Below, piece by piece: positions 1 through 9,193 of a stretch of DNA of 41,013 nt. Under the pieces are notes generated by a model, which saw only the letters and a program-made list of their open reading frames with translations, did no database searches and was not told where the DNA came from. Position numbers and translations under genes: made by a program. This DNA is from Bdellovibrionaceae bacterium UBA5009 (GTDB lineage: Bacteria; Bdellovibrionota; Bdellovibrionia; Bdellovibrionales; Bdellovibrionaceae). Position 1 is the first letter of the stretch. The number at the start of each line of letters is the position of its first letter. Location: the NCBI GenBank assembly GCA_002396665.1, contig DGYJ01000078.1:1-41013 (forward strand). The letters run 5' to 3'.

Positions 1-109
1 GATTTGCCGGAAGCTAGACCTCCGGTGAGTCCTATCCATTTCATTCGTTTAGACCTTTAGAAATCATACAAGTTTCCCGATGAAAACAGTGTAAAGGAAC
101 TCAAGTAGC

Positions 110-2125
110 ATGTCCAATGCGATAGAACAGTTTGGCAAATATATTCTATTAGAGAAATTAGCCATGGGTGGTATGGCCGAAGTGTATCTAGCCAAATCCA
201 CTGGAGCCAATGGAGTTAATAAGTTCCTTGCCATCAAAAGAATCCTACCGCAATTTTCAGACAATGAAGAATTCATCGGAATGTTTAAAGAGGAAGCAAA
301 AATTGCGGTGAATTTGAATCACGGGAACGTGGTTTCTATCTACGATTTTGGTGTCGAAAAATCACAATTCTATCTTGTCATGGAATATGTCGAAGGACGT
401 AACCTTCGACAAATGATCAACGAATTAAAAAAGAAAAATATCCACCTCTCGACAGAGCAAGTTGTCTACATCATCAAAGAAGTTGCTGCAGGTTTAGATC
501 ATGCCCATCGTTGCATTGACGGATCAACTGGCAAACCATTAAACATCACCCATCGCGACATGAGTCCACAAAACATCATGGTCAGCTTCGAGGGCGAAGT
601 AAAAATTATCGATTTCGGTATCGCCAAGGCTGAAACACAACTGGAAGTGACAAAGGCCGGAACTTTAAAAGGTAAATTTGGCTATATGTCACCAGAGCAA
701 GCTGATGGTTACCCCATCGACTTGCGCACAGACGTATTTTCACTTGGAATTGTACTTTGGGAACTTTTGGCCAATGATCGCCTCTTTACGTCAAATAGCG
801 AAGCTGCTATTTTGCGAAAAATTCGTGAATGCCAAATTCCCCCGATTCGCAAGATCAATCCATCTGTGCATCCTGAACTTGAGCGCATTGTGAATAAAGC
901 CCTGACGAAGGATAAAACTTTAAGATATCAAACATCTGCGGCATTTCACCGTGACTTAAATCGCTTTATTAATACTCAGTATCCAGAATTTTCGCCCCAT
1001 GATTTCAGCGTATTTATTAAAAATGCCTTCACCGAAACCTATTCAGATCAAAAAAAGAAACTTGTCGAGTACGCTAAAATATTAAATCAAGTTCCTGAAG
1101 AATCAGTTGTCACCGTCACAACAACCCAAAAAGATGGCCCACAAGCAAGACAGACACAGGCTGAAGTCGAACAAGACACACTTGCACCCCATGATGCTGA
1201 AGGATCTTTCAATTTGGACATGCCTCAACAACAAGATGGCAAAAATGCACAGATTCTTCGCACAAATGTCACTCCGCCGCGCGAAGGAACAATCGGGCAT
1301 TCAGGCACAATGTCTGGAGCAACATCTGCAGGCGTTAGGCCATACACCATTGGCACAGCGAATGGAACTTCTAAATCCAAAAGACGACCGATACCCCAAG
1401 AGCCAAAAAGTTCTTCCATGGTTGCCTTTGCAATGACATGTATTGTGGTTGTTGGCTTGGGATACTTTATTTTTGGAAAGAATAAATCCTCGCAGGAAAC
1501 TACAAATAATTCAGCACAAGGCACCAGCGATCAAGCTTCAAAAAAACCACCAAGGGATTCTAATCCAGATCCAGCAAAAATCATTGCACCTGAAAATATA
1601 TCAGATATTGGGACTAATCCAAATGGCGTTACAGATCCTTTGCTTCCTACCCAAAATCCGCAAACTCCGCAAGTGCCTGAAAATGCAATTGCTACAATTT
1701 ACTCTGACCCAGACAATGCAACACTTTACATCGACGATGTAGAAACTGGCTTTCGCACGCCCTATCGATTATCGAAACCGATGAATCAGGGCTTCAAAAT
1801 CAAGATTACAAAATCTGGCTATTTCCCAATTGAAAAAACTGTAAGCTTGAATAAGCCAACTAGTACTCTACGATTCAATTTGGCCAAAGAAGCCTATGGC
1901 TATATCAATCTTTATGTTGTCAATGCGGGATCGAATCCTTTGATCGAAATCAATGGCGCCCTTGTGAATAAAAAACTTCCCCTTGTGACCCATAAAATTC
2001 CAGCCGGGGTACCGGTCACAATTCGTGTCGTCAATGAGTTCCTTGGGACATCTGCTTTAGAAACCATCACCGTCACCGAAAATCAGAAAAAATTCATCGA
2101 ACTTGTTCTAAAATCTAGCAATTAA
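110..2125 (+). CDS. Hanks-type Ser/Thr protein kinase, single-pass membrane protein with C-terminal PEGA-like domains
   Basis: 671-aa ORF. Kinase motifs read in the translation: Gly-loop MGGMAEV, catalytic-Lys LAIKRI, HRDMSPQN, DFGIAK, MSPEQ. One TM helix (MVAFAMTCIVVVGLGYFIF). PEGA-like segment IYSDPDNATLYIDDVETGFRTPY plus a second similar segment. Confidence 0.9.
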   Translation: MSNAIEQFGKYILLEKLAMGGMAEVYLAKSTGANGVNKFLAIKRILPQFSDNEEFIGMFKEEAKIAVNLNHGNVVSIYDFGVEKSQFYLVMEYVEGRNLRQMINELKKKNIHLSTEQVVYIIKEVAAGLDHAHRCIDGSTGKPLNITHRDMSPQNIMVSFEGEVKIIDFGIAKAETQLEVTKAGTLKGKFGYMSPEQADGYPIDLRTDVFSLGIVLWELLANDRLFTSNSEAAILRKIRECQIPPIRKINPSVHPELERIVNKALTKDKTLRYQTSAAFHRDLNRFINTQYPEFSPHDFSVFIKNAFTETYSDQKKKLVEYAKILNQVPEESVVTVTTTQKDGPQARQTQAEVEQDTLAPHDAEGSFNLDMPQQQDGKNAQILRTNVTPPREGTIGHSGTMSGATSAGVRPYTIGTANGTSKSKRRPIPQEPKSSSMVAFAMTCIVVVGLGYFIFGKNKSSQETTNNSAQGTSDQASKKPPRDSNPDPAKIIAPENISDIGTNPNGVTDPLLPTQNPQTPQVPENAIATIYSDPDNATLYIDDVETGFRTPYRLSKPMNQGFKIKITKSGYFPIEKTVSLNKPTSTLRFNLAKEAYGYINLYVVNAGSNPLIEINGALVNKKLPLVTHKIPAGVPVTIRVVNEFLGTSALETITVTENQKKFIELVLKSSN

Positions 2126-2130
2126 AATTT

Positions 2131-3921
2131 ATGAAAAAAATCACAACCACCATCGTTGAAAAAATTCTTAGCTTTCCTACACGTTCAGAAAATTTGGTGG
2201 CCATTCAGTACAAAAAAAATTCAGAATGGATCAAGCTGAACTGGAAACAATATTACGATCAGATTGAAGAGCTCAGCCTTGGACTACAAAGTCTAAAAAC
2301 GAAAAATAAATTGCGTGTGGCCATTTGGTCTAATACTCGTTATGAATGGTCCCTTCTTGACTGTGCAACACTTTGTGCCGGGGCCACTGTAGTTCCGGTC
2401 TATCAAAACAGCACACCAGACGAGATCTCACATATCATTCATCACTCTGAGGCCAATGTGCTTTTTGTCGAAACAAGTGTTCAGCTGAAGGCGTTCGAAA
2501 AAGCACGTTTGCAAGATTCTAAACTGATGCAAATCGAGCACGTCTTCTTGATTGAAAAAACTGGCAACTCTGCTGCCCTTGAGGATCTTATTAAAATCGG
2601 TCAGCAAGAAAAAATTAAAAATCCAAAACAATTTGTTCAAAATGCTCAAAAAGTACAAATGGATGACAACGCCACAATAATCTACACTTCGGGAACGACA
2701 GGACTGCCCAAGGGTGTGTTGCTGACCCATCGTCAAATTGTTTCAGAAGTTGGCGAAGCCTTCCCATTTTGTGGCGCCAATGAACATGACGTCAGTCTTA
2801 GTTTTTTACCCTATGCCCATGTGCTAGGACGTATTGAGCACTGGGGAAGTATTTGGATTGGTTTTAACTTAGCCTTTGCCGAAAGCATCGAATCCTTAAG
2901 AAAAAATTTAAAAGAAGTGCGCCCCACAATTATGGTAGCTGTCCCAAGAATATTTGAAAAAATATACACTTCACTTATTTCGCAAATGGAAAACCAGCCC
3001 ATCAAAGCAAAACTTTTTCGTTGGGCTCTTTCCGCAGGACAAAAAATCAGCCAGTCGAAACTGACCAAGTCCCAAGTGACCTGGATGAATCTTGGCGAAT
3101 ACCTTCTTGCTGACAAATTAGTTTTGAATAAAGTTAAAGACGCCTTTGGAGGCAGACTGCGCTTTTGTATTAGTGGCGGAGCCCCCATTCAATCTGACAT
3201 CGCACGTTTTTTTCATTCGTGCGGAGTTCTTATTTTAGAAGGCTACGGATTAACTGAAACCACTGCCGCTGTTTGTGTGAATACTCCATTTCAATACCGC
3301 TTTGGATCTGTTGGCAAACCCATCGGTGATGTCCAAATTAAAATCGCAGCAGACGGTGAAGTTCTGATCAAAAGCGATAAAGTCATGAAAGAATATTATA
3401 AAAATCCAGAAGCCACTGCGGAATCCATCAAAGATGGATGGTTTTACACCGGAGATATCGGCGAATTGCTGCCATCAGGTGATTTGCGCCTAACGGATAG
3501 AAAAAAAGATCTGATCAAAACAGCCGGCGGAAAATACATAGCCCCTCAAAAATTAGAGGGTCTTTTAAAAATGAACAGCATCATTTCGCAGGTACTAATC
3601 CATGGTGATCAAAAAAAATTCGTCGTGGCTCTTTTGACCCTTGAAAAAACTGTCATCGAAAAAATCGCTGCAGAAAAAAATTGGCTCTACAACAGCTGGA
3701 ATGATTTGATTTCAAAATCTGAAATCGAAAGTCTGGTTCGAAAAGCCGTCGCCGAAACCAATGCTCAGTTGGCCAGCTTTGAAACCATTAAAAAATTTAA
3801 AATTTTAGACGAAGAATTCACCGTCGAAAATGGCGCCTTGACCCCATCACTTAAAGTGAAAAGAAAATTTTTAGATAAAAAATACAGCTCACAAATTGAA
3901 TCACTTTATAGTGAACATTGA
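2131..3921 (+). CDS. AMP-forming long-chain acyl-CoA synthetase (fatty acid--CoA ligase family)
   Basis: 596-aa ORF starting 6 nt after the kinase stop. AMP-binding signature IIYTSGTTGLPKGV, plus GYGLTET, YTGDIG and DRKKDLIKTAGGKYIAPQ. Confidence 0.9.
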   Translation: MKKITTTIVEKILSFPTRSENLVAIQYKKNSEWIKLNWKQYYDQIEELSLGLQSLKTKNKLRVAIWSNTRYEWSLLDCATLCAGATVVPVYQNSTPDEISHIIHHSEANVLFVETSVQLKAFEKARLQDSKLMQIEHVFLIEKTGNSAALEDLIKIGQQEKIKNPKQFVQNAQKVQMDDNATIIYTSGTTGLPKGVLLTHRQIVSEVGEAFPFCGANEHDVSLSFLPYAHVLGRIEHWGSIWIGFNLAFAESIESLRKNLKEVRPTIMVAVPRIFEKIYTSLISQMENQPIKAKLFRWALSAGQKISQSKLTKSQVTWMNLGEYLLADKLVLNKVKDAFGGRLRFCISGGAPIQSDIARFFHSCGVLILEGYGLTETTAAVCVNTPFQYRFGSVGKPIGDVQIKIAADGEVLIKSDKVMKEYYKNPEATAESIKDGWFYTGDIGELLPSGDLRLTDRKKDLIKTAGGKYIAPQKLEGLLKMNSIISQVLIHGDQKKFVVALLTLEKTVIEKIAAEKNWLYNSWNDLISKSEIESLVRKAVAETNAQLASFETIKKFKILDEEFTVENGALTPSLKVKRKFLDKKYSSQIESLYSEH

Positions 3922-3941
3922 ATTCATCGAAAGAAATCGCC

Positions 3942-4754
3942 TTACAGCAACCAAAAACGAAATCCTACACTGGCATAATAGCCCGTCATATCTATTTTTC
4001 TGTTCGTGGCATTTTGATCTTTCAAAACATCCCCAGTCACATGGGCTGTGCTTGTGCCTGCTGTCGCACCAAAACTTGTCACGTCGGCACTGTATTTGAG
4101 TTCGGTAAAACTTAAAGCACGATAGCCCAATTCCACCATGACAGTGGTGGTATCCATCATTGAAAATTCACCACCCACGCCACCGCCGTACATCAATGCG
4201 CTCGATTTTGCTTTGACAGAATGGGAAGCCGACGGAGCAATCGTGACATAGGAATAATCATTCTGAAAAGTCAGTGATGCCGTGCCCGCAGTTCCAAAAA
4301 TCATCCACCGACTATTAGGAGTTTGTTTTATATTTATTTCAAGACCAACTTTGGGAATAATGGCGTTCAAATCACTTTTCACCAAGTACAAAGTTGAAGC
4401 GCCTAACTTTGCCGACACATCTGTTAAGGTCGAAGGCTTAATCACTTCTAAACCAAAACGCCAAGTCAGCGGGCCCGTGCATGAAACAAATCCAAACTCT
4501 CCGCCTGTGTTCAATGAATAAGAGCTTCCATAATCGTTCGCCACACTCTCGTTTTCAAAGGCAGCTTTTTGAATGACAGAAGTCCCTCCAGCCAACAAAA
4601 AGTAACTTCCAAAATTTCTACTGTTCATTGAAAAAACTCGGGCCTGGGCCTTGGTGGGCAGCAAAGTCGACAGAATTAAAAACAGAAAAGCCGCCAAAGT
4701 CGGACGGCTTTTAACAAACAAATAAAAAGGATTTTGAAATCGAATCAAATTCAA
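3942..4754 (-). CDS. outer-membrane beta-barrel protein (porin-like), function unknown
   Basis: 270-aa ORF with a signal peptide ending ...LLPTKAQA, an alternating hydrophobic beta-strand pattern and an aromatic C-terminus (GFRFWLL). Its start lies 3 nt after the stop of the upstream gene, suggesting an operon. Confidence 0.6.
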   Translation of the reverse strand: MNLIRFQNPFYLFVKSRPTLAAFLFLILSTLLPTKAQARVFSMNSRNFGSYFLLAGGTSVIQKAAFENESVANDYGSSYSLNTGGEFGFVSCTGPLTWRFGLEVIKPSTLTDVSAKLGASTLYLVKSDLNAIIPKVGLEINIKQTPNSRWMIFGTAGTASLTFQNDYSYVTIAPSASHSVKAKSSALMYGGGVGGEFSMMDTTTVMVELGYRALSFTELKYSADVTSFGATAGTSTAHVTGDVLKDQNATNRKIDMTGYYASVGFRFWLL

Positions 4755-4757
4755 TTC

Positions 4758-5243
4758 CTATAAATTTAAATCGACAACCACTTTGCTTGTCGATTTTACT
4801 CCAGCCACTTGGTAAACTTTGACCTGAGGTTTATTTTTCAATTCAAAAACTAAAGATAAAGTCTGATCCACCGGATCCAAAGACATTTGCGAAGACTTGA
4901 TTCCCAAGGATTGAGACAATTTTTTATTCAAAGTTTTAATATCAATTTTAGAGGCCGGCATCTGAGCAAAATCAATCACCAAACGGTGGGGATTTTCAAG
5001 AACCTGAGCATGAAAATATCCAGGCCTGCCTTTTAAAGATGAACCCTTCATTCCCCCAATATCAATAACCACTCTTTCTTTATTTTTAGAATGTGTCGAG
5101 CGGATATCTAAAAGACTAAAGCCTAAACCTGCCGAACCACCAACAAGAGAAAGTGTCGACTTTTGAACATTTGAAGGCTGCATTGGAATAGCAGAAAAAG
5201 AAACTTCACATATAAGAATTAAACTTAATAAAAACCATTTCAT
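4758..5243 (-). CDS. secreted protein with AMIN-like domain
   Basis: I chose the internal ATG at 5243 because GGAGG (CCTCC at 5250-5254 on +) sits 6 nt upstream. This gives the signal peptide MKWFLLSLILICEVSFSA. The pattern RLVIDF ... KVVVDLNL resembles AMIN domains of AmiC/PilQ. The longer track ORF to 5291 has no RBS. Confidence 0.5.
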   Translation of the reverse strand: MKWFLLSLILICEVSFSAIPMQPSNVQKSTLSLVGGSAGLGFSLLDIRSTHSKNKERVVIDIGGMKGSSLKGRPGYFHAQVLENPHRLVIDFAQMPASKIDIKTLNKKLSQSLGIKSSQMSLDPVDQTLSLVFELKNKPQVKVYQVAGVKSTSKVVVDLNL

Positions 5244-5487
5244 TTGCGACCTCCATGTGCACTTCATATTGGAGCAAGATCTCACCCCCAATTCAAGCGT
5301 TTTTGAGGAGGTTATGAAAACTCAAAATTAATTATGAAAACGGAGAGGGGTGTAAAAAAGGGGGCGCATTTTGTCCCTATGTCAGTTATTTTTACAATGC
5401 CCTAGTCATATCAAGCATTTAAGCCGATTTGAGACCTGTCTTGATTTGGTCCACTTATTGAAGTTGCTTCGCCCTATAGAGGTGGAT

Positions 5488-6114
5488 ATGAAATTTTTAG
5501 CTCAAACTTTACTCACTGTCGTCGTGGCATTCAGCCTTGCCGCTTGCAATAAAAGCGATGATAAAAAGAACAACGATGTTGTCGCCCAACCCCCGCCTCC
5601 AACTATGGACAACAGCTGTATCGCTGGGCAGGTCAACTGCAACCAGCAGCTTTACAATAACTACTACCAGTACGGATTTAGACCCTACGGAGTCAATCCC
5701 TACAATTACAACAATGGCTACAACGGCTATTGGAATAACAGCAGAAACCCCTACGCCTATTATTATCAAAACACCTATGGTTACGGTTACAACAACCTTG
5801 GTTTCTGTAACTGCCCAACGGGTTATCGACCAGTTTACAATGGCGGCATGGGACTTGGCTGCGTGTCTTTGAACTATATCCAACCATTTGCATCTGGGGC
5901 CTTTTACTACGGCCTGCAGGTTCAATCAAACAACTATCACTGGGTGAATATCAGCCAAATCAGCAATACCAGCGGATACCCTGCTCGCAACAGCTGTTAT
6001 GATAATGTGGCCCAGTCATGCTTTGTGGACCAAGCCAATTCCTGTGGCAGTTCTGCCTATATTTGCCGTCCCACAGCTGGCGGATCAAGATTGGGAATCT
6101 GCACAAGACAATAA
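5488..6114 (+). CDS. Asn/Tyr/Gly-rich, Cys-rich lipoprotein of unknown function
   Basis: ATG at 5488 is preceded by GAGGTGG (5479-5485). The lipoprotein signal is MKFLAQTLLTVVVAFSLAAC (lipobox LAAC). The mature part is low complexity (YNNYYQYGFRPYGVNPYNYNNGYNGYWNN...) with many Cys. The upstream part of the track ORF (5371-5487) has no signal or RBS. Confidence 0.6.
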   Translation: MKFLAQTLLTVVVAFSLAACNKSDDKKNNDVVAQPPPPTMDNSCIAGQVNCNQQLYNNYYQYGFRPYGVNPYNYNNGYNGYWNNSRNPYAYYYQNTYGYGYNNLGFCNCPTGYRPVYNGGMGLGCVSLNYIQPFASGAFYYGLQVQSNNYHWVNISQISNTSGYPARNSCYDNVAQSCFVDQANSCGSSAYICRPTAGGSRLGICTRQ

Positions 6115-6135
6115 TACAGTTTATTCACTTTTGAT

Positions 6136-6170
6136 CCTGTGTTAGGCCTTAATATAGGCCTTTTCACAGG
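6136..6170 (+). terminator. compound stem-loop between the lipoprotein gene and the M3 peptidase gene, overlapping the peptidase RBS
   Basis: CCTGTG-tt-AGGCCT-taatat-AGGCCT-ttt-CACAGG forms 6+6 bp of perfect pairing with a 6-nt loop, starting 22 nt after the stop at 6114. The 3' arm shares 3 nt with the AGGAGA RBS (6168-6173). There is no clear trailing U-tract, so a terminator function is uncertain. Confidence 0.4.
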
Positions 6171-6178
6171 AGAACACC

Positions 6179-8251
6179 TTGAGCACCACGACATTCACAA
6201 GCCTCGCTCCCGAGCTTCAAAAAAATCCTCTTTTACAAGAATTCACAGGAACCGACGGCAGCATCCCCTTTGCAAAAATTAAAGTTGAGCACTACCTTCC
6301 CGCACTGGATGCCAGCCTTCAACAGGCTCGAAACAATATCCAAAAAATCAAAGCTGAAACGCAAAAGCCTAATTTTGAAAATACAATTCTAGCTTTAGAA
6401 AACGCCTCGGACCTGATGGAAAGAGTTGTGACCATCTATAGCAACCTCGAAAGCGCCCATGCTGATGACACCCATCGTGCTTTGTCTGAAAAAATTTATC
6501 CCCTGATTTCGGCCTTCAGTTCTGACGTCTCCTTAGATCAACAACTTTTTGAAAAAGTTCAAAGTGTTTATCTGAACAAAGACAATCTTCAACTGAATGG
6601 CGAACAAAAACGACTGGTTGAAAAAACCTATTTGTCGTTTACACGCAATGGGGCCCTACTTGATGAAACCAAAAAAAATAAACTGCGTGAAATAGACCAA
6701 CAGCTTTCGGTTTTATCACCGCAATTTTCTGACAATGTATTGAAGGCCACAAATGCTTTCGAATTAATTATAACTGACCGTAGTGAACTGATAGGTCTGC
6801 CGGACTCAGCACTTGAGGCTGCCGCCTTTGCAGCAGAATCCAAGGGGCACAAAAACAGTTGGCTGTTTAATCTTCAGTACCCAAGTTTACTTCCAGTCTT
6901 GACCTATGCAAAAAATCGCTCGCTGCGTGAAAAGTTATGGCGGGCCAATAGTTCTAAATCTTTTAACGATGCCTTCGATAACCAAAATAATATTAAAAAA
7001 ATTGTACAACTTAAACATGACCGGGCCCAGTTGCTTGGTTACGCAACCCATGCCGATTATGTTTTGACCGAGCGAATGGCGAAAGATGCCGGCACTGTGA
7101 CTCGCTTTTTAAACGAACTTTTAACGGCCAGTCGTCCTGCCGCTGAAAAAGATTTGGCAGAAGTGAAACAACTTGCCGCTGAAGATGGTGTTGCTGACTT
7201 AAAGCCCTGGGACTTTGGATATTATTCTGAAAAATTAAAAGAAAAAAAATATGCCTTCAATCAAGAAGAGCTCCGCCCTTACTTCAAACTTGAAAACGTC
7301 ATTGAAGGCGCCTTTGAACATGCCCGCAGACTTTATGATTTGAACTTCAAAGAATTAAGCGGAGTCGAACTTTATCACCCCGAAGTCAAAGTTTTTGAAG
7401 TCACCGAAAAAAGCACTGGCAAATATATCGGCCTTTTTTACACTGACTTTTTCCCACGCGAAACAAAACGCGGCGGCGCTTGGATGACTTCTTACCGCGA
7501 ACAGGGCTATGTGATGGGTCAATTGCGCAGACCCCATATCAGTATCGTTTGCAACTTTACAAAACCAACTCCAACTAAGCCTTCACTTTTGACCTTGGAT
7601 GAAGTGCTAACCTTGTTTCACGAATTCGGCCATGCTCTGCACGGTCTTTTATCGGATTGCAACTACCGTTCGCTTTCTGGAACCAACGTTTATTGGGACT
7701 TTGTCGAGTTGCCATCACAAATTATGGAAAACTGGGTCACCGAAAAAGAAAGTCTGGATCTGTTCGCCAAACATTTTGAGACTGGCAAAACTATTCCCGC
7801 TGATCTTGTTGAAAAATTAAAAAAATCTGACCGCTTCCAAGCCGGCTGGCAATCCCTTCGACAATTGCAATTTGCCATCATGGATATGCAGTGGCATTCA
7901 ACAGATCCAAAAAATATTTCCGATGTTGATGCTTTTGAATCCATGGCCACTGAAAAAGCACGACTGTTTGATCGCATTCCGGGAACAAACACTTCCTGCA
8001 GCTTTAGTCATATTTTTGCAGGGGGATACTCGGCTGGATATTACTCTTACAAATGGGCTGAAGTTTTAGACGCCGATGCCTTCGAATACTTCAAAGAAAA
8101 AGGACTCTTTAACCCAGAAGTGGCCAAGGCCTTCAAAAACTTTATCCTGAGCCGCGGGGGAACAGAACATCCCATGGAATTGTACAAAAAATTCCGTGGC
8201 CGCGAACCAGATCCTAAGGCTCTGCTTCGAAGGGATGGACTTGATTTATGA
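6179..8251 (+). CDS. M3-family zinc metallopeptidase (oligopeptidase A / peptidyl-dipeptidase Dcp-like)
   Basis: 690-aa ORF with a TTG start 5 nt after AGGAGA. HEFGH zinc motif (LFHEFGHALHG). The C-terminal GGYSAGYYSYKWAEVLDADAF...MELYKKFRGREP matches my recollection of PrlC/Dcp tails. Confidence 0.9.
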   Translation: MSTTTFTSLAPELQKNPLLQEFTGTDGSIPFAKIKVEHYLPALDASLQQARNNIQKIKAETQKPNFENTILALENASDLMERVVTIYSNLESAHADDTHRALSEKIYPLISAFSSDVSLDQQLFEKVQSVYLNKDNLQLNGEQKRLVEKTYLSFTRNGALLDETKKNKLREIDQQLSVLSPQFSDNVLKATNAFELIITDRSELIGLPDSALEAAAFAAESKGHKNSWLFNLQYPSLLPVLTYAKNRSLREKLWRANSSKSFNDAFDNQNNIKKIVQLKHDRAQLLGYATHADYVLTERMAKDAGTVTRFLNELLTASRPAAEKDLAEVKQLAAEDGVADLKPWDFGYYSEKLKEKKYAFNQEELRPYFKLENVIEGAFEHARRLYDLNFKELSGVELYHPEVKVFEVTEKSTGKYIGLFYTDFFPRETKRGGAWMTSYREQGYVMGQLRRPHISIVCNFTKPTPTKPSLLTLDEVLTLFHEFGHALHGLLSDCNYRSLSGTNVYWDFVELPSQIMENWVTEKESLDLFAKHFETGKTIPADLVEKLKKSDRFQAGWQSLRQLQFAIMDMQWHSTDPKNISDVDAFESMATEKARLFDRIPGTNTSCSFSHIFAGGYSAGYYSYKWAEVLDADAFEYFKEKGLFNPEVAKAFKNFILSRGGTEHPMELYKKFRGREPDPKALLRRDGLDL

Positions 8252-9180
8252 AAAAGACTTTGAAATCAAAGACTGAAAAGTCAGTTTCACACACAATGAC
8301 CCATGCTCAGTTACCGATCACTGATATCGCCATTGTCTATCGCTACAATTCTGAACAAGCCGTCGAGATGGCTAAAAAATCTGTTCAATGGCTGAAGAAA
8401 AGAAATATTAAAGTTTGGACGGCGCCTGATCAAAAATTATTGCCAGGATCGCAGCTGATTAAATCTAAAAAAGATGTTCAAAAATTATCCTTGGTCCTTG
8501 TTTTAGGTGGGGATGGAACCTACCTAAGGGCGGTTCGCTTTTTGAATGAACAGCAAATTCCAGTTTTGGGATTTAATATGGGATCATTGGGATTTTTAAC
8601 AAGTTCGACATCAGAACAGTTGTTCGACGTTTTAGATAAAGCCCTTTCGCAGGAAATGAAAGTGGCCCCTAGATCTTTACTAAAAGCCGAAGTCCGTCGC
8701 CGCGGAAAAGTTCGCGCCGAATCCCTCGCACTGAATGATCTTGTTTTTGAACGTGGATCTTTTTCGCAGTTAATTAATATCTCAGTCGCTGTGGACAAAT
8801 TTCTTGTCAGCCAAGTCAAAGCCGATGGAATTATTATTGCCACTCCAACTGGATCGACAGCCTACAACTTAGCTGCCGGTGGCCCGCTTTTAGATCCCGA
8901 CGTGGAAGCCTTGGTGATGACCCCCGTGGCCCCGCACAGTTTAACCAGCCGCCCACTGATTTTTCCCCTGCATAAAAAGTTATGCATGAAATTAGAAGGC
9001 GCAGAAATGAAGGCCCACTTTATCGTCGATGGCCAAATGTTGGCGGAACTGACCCCTGATGACGAAGTTTATATTTTTAAAAGTGAATTTGATCACATGA
9101 TGCTGCACTCATCGAGCTATAATTTTTTCCATCTTTTACGTGAAAAATTAAAATTCGGTGACCGCGCTGCCATGAAATAA
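8248..9180 (+). CDS. nadK: NAD(+) kinase
   Basis: 310-aa ORF whose ATG overlaps the upstream TGA (ATGA coupling). GGDGT motif (VLGGDGTYLRA), NDLVF..., and TPTGSTAYNLAAGGP typical of NadK/PpnK. Confidence 0.9.
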   Translation: MKKTLKSKTEKSVSHTMTHAQLPITDIAIVYRYNSEQAVEMAKKSVQWLKKRNIKVWTAPDQKLLPGSQLIKSKKDVQKLSLVLVLGGDGTYLRAVRFLNEQQIPVLGFNMGSLGFLTSSTSEQLFDVLDKALSQEMKVAPRSLLKAEVRRRGKVRAESLALNDLVFERGSFSQLINISVAVDKFLVSQVKADGIIIATPTGSTAYNLAAGGPLLDPDVEALVMTPVAPHSLTSRPLIFPLHKKLCMKLEGAEMKAHFIVDGQMLAELTPDDEVYIFKSEFDHMMLHSSSYNFFHLLREKLKFGDRAAMK

Positions 9181-9193
9181 TCCCGGAGGTTTT

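Noticed and set aside
5509-5929. Overlapping ORFs on both strands (138, 111 and 78 aa) inside the Asn/Tyr-rich lipoprotein gene
   Set aside because: These are shadow frames produced by the low-complexity repetitive codon usage. They have no RBS or signal, and the sense frame has a clean lipoprotein signal.
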